Origin: Malacoraja senta
Taxonomy: Eukaryota
Direction of reading: 5' to 3'
DNA length: 35,347 bases
Assembly: GCA_038087875.1 (NCBI GenBank)
Contig: JAXLNO010000489.1
Location: forward strand, 1-35,347
Under the pieces are notes generated by a model. The model had not been told where the DNA came from, did no database searches, and worked only from the letters and a program-made list of their open reading frames with translations. Within the stretch, counting starts at the first letter, position 1, and each line of letters opens with the position of its first letter. A program made the translations under genes and the position numbers. Of the stretch, positions 1-12,100 are shown piece by piece.

Positions 1-2
1 TG

Positions 3-86
3 GCTATATTTAAGAGGGAATTAGATGTGGCCCTTGTGGCTAAAGGGATCAGGGGGTATGGAGAGAAGGCAGGTACGGGATACTGA
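3..86 (+). pseudogene. C-terminal 27 codons plus stop of LINE ORF2 (endonuclease/reverse transcriptase), partial; integrity upstream unknown
   Basis: Frame from base 3: GCT ATA TTT AAG AGG GAA TTA GAT ... GGA TAC TGA = AIFKRELDVALVAKGIRGYGEKAGTGY*. Confidence 0.75.
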
Positions 87-119
87 GTTGGATGATCAGC
101 CATGATCGTATTGAATGGC

Positions 120-158
120 GGTGCAGGCTCGAAGGGCCGAATGGCCTACTCCTGCACC
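120..158 (+). other. LINE 3' UTR stem-loop (probable RT recognition element)
   Basis: GGTGCAGG (120-127) is the exact reverse complement of CCTGCACC (151-158). An inner hairpin GGCC-GAAT-GGCC lies at 135-146. CR1/L2-clade LINEs are known to use a 3' stem-loop for RT recognition. Confidence 0.75.
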
Positions 159-163
159 TATTT

Positions 164-187
164 TCTATGTATCTATGTATCTATGTA
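164..187 (+). repeat. (TCTATGTA)3 LINE 3' terminal repeat tail
   Basis: Three perfect 8-mers at 164-171, 172-179 and 180-187, directly after the stem-loop. Confidence 0.92.
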
Positions 188-344
188 ATCCGGGAATGTC
201 GCAATAAATCCGGCAATGTCGCCACATTTCCGGGAAAGTCGCCATTAATCCGGGAATGTCGCCATAAATCCGGCAAGGTCGCCACATTTCCGGCAAGGTC
301 GCCATAAATCCGGCGTTCGCCACAAATCCGACAAGGTCGTCATA

Positions 345-790
345 AATCCGGCAAGGTCACCATAAATCCGGCAAGGTCGCCCCAAATCCGGCAAGGTCGA
401 CATATTTCCGGCAAGGTCGCTATACATCCGGCAAAGTCGCCAACATCCGGCAAGATCGCAACATTTCCGTCGAGGTCGCCATAAATCCGGCAAGGTCGCC
501 ACAAATCCGGCAAGGTCACTACATTCCCACGAGGTCGCCAACAATCCGGCAAGGTCGCCACAAATCCGGCAAGGTCACCATAAATCCGGCAAGGTCGCCC
601 CAAATCCGGCAAGGTCGACATATTTCCGGCAAGGTCGCTATACATCCGGCAAAGTCGCCAAAATCCGGCAAGATCGCAACATTTCCGTCGAGGTCGCCAT
701 AAATCCGGCAAGGTCGCCACAAATCCGGCAAGGTCACTACATTCCCACGAGGTCGCCAACAATCCGGCAAGGTCGCCACAAATCCGGCAA
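345..790 (+). repeat. Tandem duplication, 218-bp unit (11 monomers) x2
   Basis: The rare landmark CAAGGTCACTACATTCCCACGAGG occurs at 511 and 729, and neighbouring variants repeat at the same offset. Confidence 0.85.
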
Positions 791-3700
791 GGGTCGCCAT
801 ATTTCCGGCAAGTCGCCATAAATCCTGCAAGGTCGCTACAAATCCGACAAGGTCGCCATATTTCCGACAAGGTCGCCATAAATCCGGCAAGGTTACCTCA
901 AATCCCGGCAAGGTAGCCATATATCCGGCAAAGTCGCCATAAAATCCGGCAAGGTGCGTCATATCCGGCAATGTCGCCACATTTCAATAAAGGTAGCCAT
1001 AAATTCGGCAAGGTCGCGTCAAATCCGGCAAGGTCGCCACATTTCCGGCAAGGTCGACATAGATCTGGCAAGGTCGCCACAAATCCGGCAAGGTCGCAAC
1101 ATTTCGGCAGGTCGCCAGAAATCCGGCAAGGTCGCCACATTTCACGGCAAGGTCGCCATGAATCCGGCAAGGTCGCCACAAGTCCGGCAAGGTCGCCATA
1201 AATCCGGCAAGGTCGCCACAAATCCCACAAGGTCGCCATAAATCCGGCATGGTCGCCACAAATCCGGCAAGATCGCCACATTTGCGGCAAGGTCGCCAGA
1301 AATCCGGCATCGTCGCCACAAATCCGGCAAGGTCGCCACATTTCCGGCAAGGTCGCCATGAATCCGGCAAGCTCGCCACATTTCCGTGAAGGTCGCCATA
1401 AATCCGACAAGGTCGCCACAAATCCCACAAGGTCGCCATAAATCCAGCAAGATCGCCACAAATCCGGAACGTCGCCACATTTGCGCAAAGGTCGCCATAA
1501 TTCCGGCAAGGTCGCCACTAATCCGGCAAGGTCGCCACATCCCCGCCAAGGTCGCCATTAATCCGGGAATGTCGCAATAAATCCGGCATGTCGCCACAAA
1601 TGCGGCAAGGTCGCGATAAATGCGGCAATGTCGCCATATTTCCGGCAAGGTAGCCATAAATCCGGCGAGGTCGCCATATTCCCGGCGAGGTCGCCATAAA
1701 TCCGGCAAAGTCGCCATAATTCCGGCGAGGTCTCCATATATCCGGCAAAGTCGCCATAAATCCGGCAAGGTCGCCATAAATCTGCAAAGTCGCCATAACT
1801 CCGGCAAGGTCGCCGTATTTCCGGCACGGTCGCCATAAGTACGGCTAGGACGCCATAAATCCGGCTAGGTCGCCACATCCCGTGCAAGGTCGCCATAAAT
1901 CCGGCAAGGTCGCCACAAATCCGGAAAAGTCGCCATAGATCCGGCAAGGTCGCCACAAATCCGGCATGGTCTCAACATTTCGGCAAGGTCGCCAAAAATC
2001 CGGCATCGTCGCCGCAAATCCGGCAATGTCGCCACATTTCCGGCAAGGTCGCCAGGAATCCGGCAAGGTCGCCACAAGTCCGGCAAGGTCGCCACATTTC
2101 CGGCAAGGTCGCCATAAATCCGGCAAGGTCGCCACATTCCGGCAAGGTCGCCATGAATCCGGCAAGGTCGCCACAAGTCCGGCAAGGTCCCCACATTTCC
2201 GGCAAGGTCGCCATAAATCCGGCAAGGTCGCCACAATCCCACAGGTCGCCATAAATCCGGCAAAGGTCGCCACAAATCCGGCAGGGTCGCCACATTTGCG
2301 GCAAGGTCGCAATAAATCCCGCAAGGTCGCCACAAATACGACACGGTCGCCACAATTCCGGCAAGGTCGCCATATATCCGGCAAGATCGCCAAAAATCCG
2401 GTATGGTCGCCACATCCCCGGCAAGGTCGCCATAAACCCGTCAAGGTCGCCACAAATCCGTCAAGGTCGCCGCATTTCAGGCAAGGTCGCCACAAATCGG
2501 GCAATGTCGGCACAAATCCGGCAAGGTCGCCACATTTCCGGAAAGGTCGCCGTTAATCCGGGAATGTCGCCATAAATCCGGCAAGGTCGCCACATTCCCG
2601 GCAAGGTCGCCATAAATCAGGCAAGGTCGCCGCAAATCCGGCATGGTCGCCATAAATCTGCAAAGTCGCCATAACTCCGGCAAGGTCGCCGTATTTTCCG
2701 GCACGGTCGCCATAAGTACGGCTAGGACGCCATAAATCCGGCAAGGTCGCCACATCCCGGGCAAGGTCGCCATAAATCCGGCAAGGTCGCCACAAATGCG
2801 GCAAGGTCGCAAAATTTCCGGCAAGGTCGCCATTAATCCGGCAAGGTCGCCACAAATCCGGCAAGGTCGCCACAAATCCGGCAAGTTCGCCACAAATCCG
2901 GCAAGTTTGCCATATTTCCGGCTAGGTCGCCATAAATCCGGCAAGGTCGCCACAAATCCGGCAACGTCGCAATATTTCCGGCAAGGTCGCCACAAATCCG
3001 GCAACGTCGCAATATTTCCGGCAAGGTCGCCATAAATATGGCAAGGTCGCCCCAAATCCGGCAAGGTCGCCATATTGCCGGCAAGGTCGCCACAAATCGG
3101 GCAATGTCGGCACAAATCCGGCAAGGTCGCCACATTTCCGGAAAGGTCGCCATTAATCAGGGAATGTCGCCATAAATCCGGCAAGGTCGCCACATTCCCG
3201 GCAAGGTCGCCATAAATCAGGCAAGGTCGCCGCAAATCCGGCAAGGTCGCCACATTTCCGGCAAGGTCGCCATAAATCCGGCAAAGTCGCCACAAATCCA
3301 GCAAGGTCGCCACAAATGCGACAAGGTCGCCATATTTCCGGCAAGGTCACCATAAATCCGGCAAGTCGCCGCAAATGCGGCAAGGTCGTAATATTTCCGG
3401 CAAGGTCGCCATTAATCCGGCAAGATCGCCACAAATCCGGCAAGGTCGCCACAAATCCGGCAAGGTCGCCACAAATCCGGCAAGGTCACCACAAATCCGG
3501 CAAAGTCGCCATAATTCCGGCGAGGTCGCCATATATCCGGCGAGGTCGCCATATTCCCGGCGAGGTCGCCATAAATCCGGCAAAGTCGCCATAATTCCGG
3601 GAGAGGTCGCCATATATCCGGCAAAGTCGCCATAAATCCGGCAAGGTCGCCATAAATCTGCAAAGTCGCCATAACTCCGGCAAGGTCGCCGTATTTCCGG

Positions 3701-6700
3701 CACGGTCGCCATAAGTACGGCTAGGACGCCATAAATCCGGCAAGCTCGCCACATCCCGGGGCAAGGTCGCCATAAATCCGGCAAGGTCGCCACAAATCCG
3801 GCAAGGTCGCCATAGATCCGGCAAGGTCGCCACAAATCCGGAAAGGTCTCAACATTTCGGCAAGGTCGCCAGAAATCCGGCATCGTCGCCGCAAATCCGG
3901 CAATGTCGCCACATTTCCGGCAAGGTCGCCAGGAATCCGGCAAGGTCGCCACAAGTCCGGCAAGGTCGCCACATTTCCGGCAAGGTCGCCATAAAATCCG
4001 GCAAGGTCGCCACAAATCCCACAAGGTCGCCATAAATCCGGCAAGGTCGCCACAAATCCGGCAAGGTCGCCACATTTGCGGCAAGGTCGCCATAAATCCG
4101 GCAAGGTCGCCACAAATACGACACGGTCGCCACAATTCCGGCAAGGTCGCCATATATCCGGCAAGGTCGCCAAAAATCCGGTATGGTCGCCACATCCCCG
4201 GCAAGGTCGCCATAAACCCGTCAAGGTCGCCACAAATCCGTCAAGGTCGCCGCATTTTCAGGCAAGGTCACCACAAATCGGGCAATGTCACCACAAATCC
4301 GGCAAGGTCGCCACTTCCGGAAAAGGTCGCCATTAATCCGGGAATGTCGCCATAAATCCGGCAAGGTCGCCACATTCCCGGCAAGGTCGCCATAAATCAG
4401 GCAAGGTCGCCGCAAATCCGGCAAGGTCGCCACATTTCCGGCAGAGTCGCCACAAATCCAGCAAGGTCGCCACAAATGCGGCAAGGTCGCCACATTTCCG
4501 GCAAGGTCGCCATATTTTCCGGCAAGGTCACCATAAATCCGGCAAGGTCGCCACAAATGCGGCAAGGTCGCAATATTTCCGGCAAGGTCGCCATTAATCC
4601 GGCAAGGTCGCCACAAACCCGGCAAGGTCGCCACAAATCCGGCAAGGTCGCCACAAATCCGGCAAGGTTGCCATATTTCCGGCTAGGTCGCCATAAATCC
4701 GGCAAGGTCGCCACAAATCCGGCAACGTCGCAATATTTCCGGCAAGGTCGCATAAATATGGCAAGGTCGCCCCAAATCCGGCAAGGTCGCCATATTGCCG
4801 GCAAGGTCGCCACAAATCGGGCAATGTCGGCACAAATCCGGTAAGGTCGCCACATTTCCGGAAAAGGTCGCCATTAATCCGGGAATGTCGCCATAAATCC
4901 GGCAAGGTCGCCACATTCCCGGCAAGGTCGCCATAAATCAGGCAAGGTCGCCGCAAATCCGGCAAGGTCGCCACATTTCCGGCAAGGTCGCCATAAATCC
5001 GGCAAAGTCGCCACAAATCCAGCAAGGTCGCCACAAATGCGGCAAGGTCGCAACATTTCCGGCAAGGTCGCCATATTTCCGGCAAGGTCACCATAAATCC
5101 GGCAAGGTCGCCACAAATGCGGCAAGGTCGCAATATTTCCGGCAAGGTCGCCATTAATCCGGCAAGGTCGCCACAAATCCGGCAAGGTGGCCACAAATCC
5201 GGCAAGGTCGCCACAAATCCGGCAAGGTGCCATATTTCCGGCTAGGTCGCCATAAATCCGGCAAGGTCGCCACAAATCCGGCAACGTCGCAATATTTCCG
5301 GCAAGGTCGCCATAAATATGGTAAGGTCGCCCCAAATCCGGCAAGGTCGCCATATTGCCGGCAAGGTCGCCATAAATCCGACAACGTCGCCACAAATCCG
5401 GCAAGGTCGCCACATTTACGGCAAGGTCGCCATAAACCCGGGAATGTCGCCATAAATCCGGCAAGGTCGCCACATTCCCGGCAAAGTCGCCATACATCCG
5501 GCAAGGTCGCCGCAAATCCGGCAAGGTCCCCACATTTCCGGCAAGGTCGCCATAAATCCGGCAAGGTCGCCACAAATCCAGCAAGGTCGCCACAAATGCG
5601 GCAAGGTCGCCACATTTTCGGCAAGGTCGCCATAAATCCGGCGTTCGCCACAAATCCGACAATGTCGTCATAAATCAGGCAAGGTCGCCACATTTTCCGG
5701 CAAGATCGCCATAAATCCGGCAAGGTCGCCACAAATCCGGCAAGGTCCACATATTTCCGGCAAGGTCGCTATACATCCGGCAAGGTCACCATAAATCCGG
5801 CAAGGTCGCCACAAATCCGGCAAGGTCGACATATTTTCGGCAAGGTCGCCATAAATCTTGCAAGGTCGCCACAAATCCGGCAAGTTTGCCTCAAATCCGG
5901 CAAGGTAGCCATATTTCCGGCAAAGTCGCCATAAATCCGGCAAGGTGCGTCAAATCCGGCAAGGTCGCCACATTTCAATCAAGGTAGCCATAAATTCGGC
6001 AAGGACGCGTCAAATCCGGCAAGGTCGCCACATATCCGGCAAGGTCGACATAGATCCGGCAAGTTCGCCACAAATCCGGCAAGGTCGCAACATTTCGGCA
6101 AGGTCGCCACAAGTCCGGCAAGGTCGCCATAAATCCGGCAAGGTCGCCACAAATCCCACAAGTTCGCCATAAATCCGGCAAGGTCCCCACAAATCCGGCA
6201 GGATCGCCACATTTGCGCCAAGGTCGCCAGAAATCCGGCATCGTCGCCACAAATCCGGCAAGGTCGCCACATTTCCGGCAAGGCCGCCATGAATCCGGCA
6301 AGGTTGCCACATTTCCGTCACGGTCGCCATAAATCCGGCAAGGTCGCCACAAATCCCACAAGGTCGCCATAAATCGGCAAGGTCGGCACAAATCCGGTAA
6401 GGTCGCCACATTTCCGGAAAGGTCGCCATTAATCCGGGAATGTCGCCATAAATCCGGCAAGGTCGCCACATTCCCGGCAAGGTCGCCATAAATCAGGCAA
6501 GGTCGCCGCAAATCCGGCAAGGTCGCCACATTTCCGGCAAGGGTCGCCATAAATCCGGCAAAGTCGCCACAAATCCAGCAAGGTCGCCACAAATGCGGCA
6601 AGGTCGTCACATTTCCGGCAAGGTCGCCATATGTCCGGCAAGGTCACCATAAATCAGGCAAGGTAGCCACAATTGCGGCAAGGTCGCCATAAATCCGGCA

Positions 6701-9149
6701 AGGTCGCCACAAATCCCACAAGGTCGCCATAAATCGGGCAAGGTCGGCACAAGTCCGGTAAGGGCGCCACATTTCCGTAAAGGTCGCCATTAATCCGGGA
6801 ATGTCGCCATAAATCCGCAAGGTCGCCACATTCACGGCAAGATCGCCATAAATCAGTCAAGGTCGCCGCAAATCCGGCAAGGTCGCCACATTTCCGGCAA
6901 GGTCGCCATAAATCCGGCAAAGTCGCCACAAATCCAGCAAGGTCGCCACAAATGCGGCAAGGTCGTCACATTTCCGGCAAGGTCGCCATATGTCCGGCAA
7001 GGTCACCATAAATCCGGCAAGGTAGCCACAATTGCGGCAAGGTCGCCATATTTCCGGCAAGGTCGCCATTAATCCGGCAAGGTCGCCACAAATCCGGCAA
7101 GGTCGCCACAACCGGCAAGGTTGCAATATTTCCGGCAAGGTCGCCATAAATATGGCAAGGTCGCCCCAAATACGGCAAGGTCGCCATATTGCCGGCAAGG
7201 TCGCCATAAATCCGAAAAGGTCGCCACAAATCCGGCAACGCCGACACATTTACGGCAAGGTCGCCATAAATCCGGCAAGGTCGCCACAAACCAGGCAAGG
7301 TCGCCACATTTCCGGCGAGGTCGCCATACATCCAGCAAAGTCGCCAAAAACCCAGGAAGATCGCAACATTTCCGTCGAGGTCGCCATAAATCGGCAAGGT
7401 CGCCATAAATCCGTCAAGGTCGCCACAAATCCGTCAAGGTCGCCACATTTCAGGCAAGGTCGCCATAAATCGGGCAAGGTCGGCACAAATCCGGCAAGGT
7501 CGCCACATTTCTGGAAAGGTCGCCATTAATCCGGGAATGTCGCCATAAATCCGACAAGGTCGCCACAAATCCGGCAAGATCGCCACATTTACGGCAGGTC
7601 GTCATAAATCCGGGAATGTCGCCATTAATCCGGCAAAGTCGCCACATTCCCGGCAAGGTCGCCATAAATCCGGCAAGGTCGCCGCAAATCCGGCAAGGTC
7701 GCCACATTTCCGGCAAGGTCGCCATAAATCCGGCAAGGTCGCCACAAATCCAGCAAGGTCGCCACAAATGCGGCAAGGTCGCCTCATTTTCGGCAAGGTC
7801 GCCATAAATCCGGCGTTCGTCACAAATCCGACAAGGCCGTCATAAATCCGGCAAGGTCGCCACATTTCCGGCAAGATCGCCATAAATCCGGCAAGGTCGC
7901 CACAAATCCGGCAAGGTCGCCACATTTCCGGCAAGGTCGCCATAAATCCGGCAAGTTTGCCATAAATCTGCAATGTCGCCATAACTCCGGCAAGGTCGCC
8001 ATATTTCCGCACGGTCGCCATAAATCCGGCTCGGACGCCATAAATCCGGCAAGGTCGCCATATTTCCGGCAAGGTCGCGTCAAATCCGGCAAGGTCGGCC
8101 ACATTTCCGGCAAGGTCGCCATAGATCCGGCAAGGTCGCCACAAATCCGGCAAGGTCGCAACATTTCGGCTAGGTCGCCATAAATCAGGCAAGGTCGCCG
8201 CAAATCCGGCAAGGTCGCCACATTTCCGGCAGAGTCGCCACAAATCCAGCAAGGTCGCCACAAATGCGGCAAGGTCGCCACATTTCCGGCAAGGTCGCCA
8301 TATTTCCGGCAAGGTCACCATAAATCCGGCAAGGTCGCCACAAATGCGGCAAGGTCGCAATATTTCCGGCAAGGTCGCCATTAATCCGGCAAGGTCGCCA
8401 CAAACCCGGCAAGGTCGCCACAAATCCGGCAAGGTCGCCACAAATCCGGCAAGGTTGCCATATTTCCGGCTAGGTCGCCATAAATCTGGCAAGGTCGCCA
8501 CAAATCCGGCAACGTCGCAATATTTCCGGCAAGGTCGCATAAAATATGGCAAGGTCGCCCCAAATCCGGCAAGGTCGCCATATTGCCGGCAAGGTCGCCA
8601 CAAATCGGGCAATGTCGGCACAAATCCGGTAAGGTCGCCACATTTCCGGAAAAGGTCGCCATAAACCCGGGAATGTCGCCATAAATCCGGCAAGGTCGCC
8701 ACATTCCCGGCAAAGTCGCCATAAATCCGGCAAGGTAGCCACAAATCCGGCAAGGTCGCAATATTTCCGGCAAGGTCGCCATAAATATGGCAAGGTCGCC
8801 CCAAATACGGCAAGGTCGCCATATTGCCGGCAAGTCGCCATAAATCCGAAAAGGTCGCCACAAATCCGGCAACGCCGACACATTTACGGCAAGGTCGCCA
8901 TAAATCCGGCAAGGTCGCCACAAACCAGGCAAGGTCGCCACATTTAGGCGAGGTCGCCATACATCCAGCAAAGTCGCCAAAAACCCAGGAAGATCGCAAC
9001 ATTTCCGTCGAGGTCGCCATAAATCCGGCAAGGTCGCCATAAATCCGTCAAGGTCGCCACAAATCCGTCAAGGTCGCCACATTTCAGGCAAGGTCGCCAT
9101 AAATCGGGCAAGGTCGGCACAAATCGGCAAGGTCGCCACATTTCTGGAA

Positions 9150-12100
9150 AGGTCGCCATTAATCCGGGAATGTCGCCATAAATCCGACAAGGTCGCCACA
9201 AATCCGGCAAGATCGCCACATTTACGGCAAGGTCGCCATAAATCCGGGAATGTCGCCATTAATCCGGCAAAGTCGCCACATTCCCGGCAAGGTCGCCATA
9301 AATCCGGCAAGGTCGCCGCAAATCCGGCAAGGTCGCCACATTTCCGGCAAGGTCGCCATAAATCCGGCAAGGTCGCCACAAATCCAGCATGGTCGCCACA
9401 AATGCGGCAAGGTCGCCTCATTTTCGGCAAGGTCGCCATAAATCGGCGTTCGTCACAAATCCGACAAGGCCGTCATAAATCCGGCAAGGTCGCCACATTT
9501 CCGGCAAGATCGCCATAAATACGGCAAGGTCGACACAAATCCGGCAAGGTCGCCACATTTCCGGCAAGGTCGCCATAAATCCGGCAAGTTTGCCATAAAT
9601 CTGCAATGTCGCCATAACTCCGGCAAGGTCGCCATATTTCCGGCACGGTCGCCATAAATCCGGCTCGGACGCCATAAATCCGGCAAGGTCGCCATATTTC
9701 CGGCAAGGTCGCGTCAAATCCGGCAAGGTCGCCACATTTCCGGCAAGGTCGCCATAGATCCGGCAAGGTCGCCACAAATCCGGCAAGGTCGCAACATTTC
9801 GGCAAGGTCGCCAGAAATCCGGCATCGTCGCCACAATCCGGCAAGGTCGCCACATTTCCGGCAGGTCGCCACAAATCCCACAAGGTCGCCATAAATCTGG
9901 CAAGGTCGCCACAAATACGGCAAGGTCGCCACATTTGCGGCAAGGTCGCCATAAATCCGGCAAGGTCGCCACAAATAAGGCAAGGTGGCCACAATTCCGG
10001 CAAGGTCGCCATAAATCCGGCAAGGTCGCCACAAATCCGGGAAAGGTCACCACATCCCCGGCAAGGTCGCCATTAATCCGGGAATGTCGCCATAAATCCG
10101 GCAATGTCGCCACATTTCCGGCAAAGTCGTCATTAATCCGGGAATGTCGCCATAAATCCGACAAGGTCGCCACATTCTCGGCAAGGTCGCCATAAATCCG
10201 GCAAGGTCTCCACAAATCCGGCAAGGTCGCCACATTTCCGGCAAGGTCGCCATAAATCCTGCAAAGTCTCCACAAATCCGGCCAAGGTCGCCACATTTCC
10301 GGCAATGTCGCCATATATCCGGCAAGGTCACCATAAATCCGGCAAGGTCGCCACAAAAGCTGCAAGGTCGCAATAAATCCGGCAATGTCGCCATATTTCC
10401 GGCAAGGTAGCCATAAATCCGGCGTGGTCGCCATATTCCCGGCGAGGTCGCCATAAATCCGGCAAAGTCGCCATAATTCCGGCGAGGTCGCCATATATCC
10501 GGCCAAAGTCCGCCATTAATCCGGCAAGGTCGCCATAAATCTGCAAAGTCGCCATAACTCCGGCAAGGTCGCCGTATTTCCGGCACGGTCGCCATAAATC
10601 CGGCTAGGACGCCATAAATCCGGCAAGGTCGCCACATCCCCGGCAAGGTCGCCATAAATCCGACAAGGTCGCCACAAATCCGTCTAGGTCGCCACATTTT
10701 AGGCAAGGTCGCCATAAATCCGGCAAGGTCGCCACAAATCCGGCAAGGTCGCCACATTTCCGGCAAGATCGCCATTAATCCGGGAATGTCGTCATAAATC
10801 CGACAAGGTCGCCACAAATCCGGCAAGATCGCCACATTTACGGCAAGGTCGCCATAAATCTGGGAATGTCGCCATTAATCCGGCAAAGTCGCCACATTCC
10901 CGGCAAGGTCGCCATAAATCCGGCAAGGTCGCCGCAAATCCGGCAAGGTCGCCACAATTCCGGCAAGGTCGCCATAAATCCGGCAAGGTCGCCACAAATC
11001 CAGCAAGGTCGCCACAAATGCGGCAAGGGTCGCCTCATTTTACGGCAAGGTTCGCCATAAATCCGGCGTTCGTTAATCCGACAAGGCCGTCATAAATCCG
11101 GCAAGGTCGCCACATTTCCGGCAAGATCGCCATAAATCCGGCAAGGTCGACACAAATCCGGCAAGGTCGCCACATTTCCGGCAAGGTCGCCATAAATCCG
11201 TCAAGTTTGCCATAAATCTGCAATGTCGCCATAACTCCGGCAAGGTCGCCATATTTCCGGCACGGTCGCCATAAATCCGGCTCGGACGCCATAAATCCGG
11301 CAAGGTCGCCATATTTCCGGCAAGGTCGCGTCAAATCCGGCAAGGTCGCCACATTTCCGGCAAGGTCGCCATAGATCCGGCAAGGTCGCCACAAATCCGG
11401 CAAGGTCGCAACATTTCGGCAAGGTCGCCAGAAATCCGGCATCGTCGCCACAAATCCGGCAAGGTCGCCACATTTCCGGCAAGGTCGCCACAAATCCCAC
11501 AAGGTCGCCATAAATCTGGCAAGGTCGCCACAAATACGGCAAGGTCGCCACATTTGCGGCAAGGTCGCCATAAATCCGGCAAGGTCGCCACAAATAAGGC
11601 AAGGTGGCCACAATTCCGGCAAGGTCGCCATAAATCCGGCAAGGTCGCCACAAATCCGGGAAAGGTCACCACATCCCCGCAAGGTCGCCATTAATCCGGG
11701 AATGTCGCCATAAATCCGGCAATGTCGCCACATTTCCGGCAAAGTCGTCATTAATCCGGGAATGTCGCCATAAATCCGACAAGGTCGCCACATTCTCGGC
11801 AAGGTCGCCATAAATCCGGCAAGGTCTCCACAAATCCGGCAAGGTCGCCACATTTCCGGCAAGGTCGCCATAAATCCTGCAAAGTCTCCACAAATCCGGC
11901 AAGGTCGCCACATTTCCGGCAATGTCGCCATATATCCGGCAAGGTCACCATAAATCCGGCAAGGTCGCCACAAAAGCTGCAAGGTCGCAATAAATCCGGC
12001 AATGTCGCCATATTTCCGGCAAGGTAGCCATAAATCCGGCGTGGTCGCCATATTCCCGGCGAGGTCGCCATAAATCCGGCAAAGTCGCCATAATTCCGGC

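Larger units (their letters stand above)
1..187 (+). mobile_element. 3' end of a CR1-clade non-LTR retrotransposon (elasmobranch HER1-like LINE), cut by the left window edge
   Basis: An open frame ends ...AIFKRELD...GIRGYGEKAG...* at 86; the FKxxLD motif is typical of the CR1 ORF2 C-terminus. It is followed by a short 3' UTR containing GATCAGCCATGATC...GAATGGCGG...GAAGGGCCGAATGGCCTACTCCTGC, a stem-loop, and an 8-bp tandem-repeat tail in place of poly(A). Family recognised from memory of shark/ray CR1 3' ends; no database search was run. Confidence 0.9.

Noticed and set aside
120..164. Rho-independent terminator (hairpin followed by a T run)
   Set aside because: The context is a eukaryotic retroelement, and the hairpin is explained as the LINE 3' recognition stem-loop.
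1..187. HE1-type SINE instead of a LINE
   Set aside because: These SINEs share the LINE 3' tail, but here the upstream sequence reads as the ORF2 C-terminus and no tRNA-derived head is visible. A SINE is not fully excluded because the element is cut by the window edge.
92..307. 71-aa ORF MISHDRIEWRCRLEGPNGLLLHLFSMYL...
   Set aside because: It is a chance read-through of the LINE 3' UTR and tail into the satellite.
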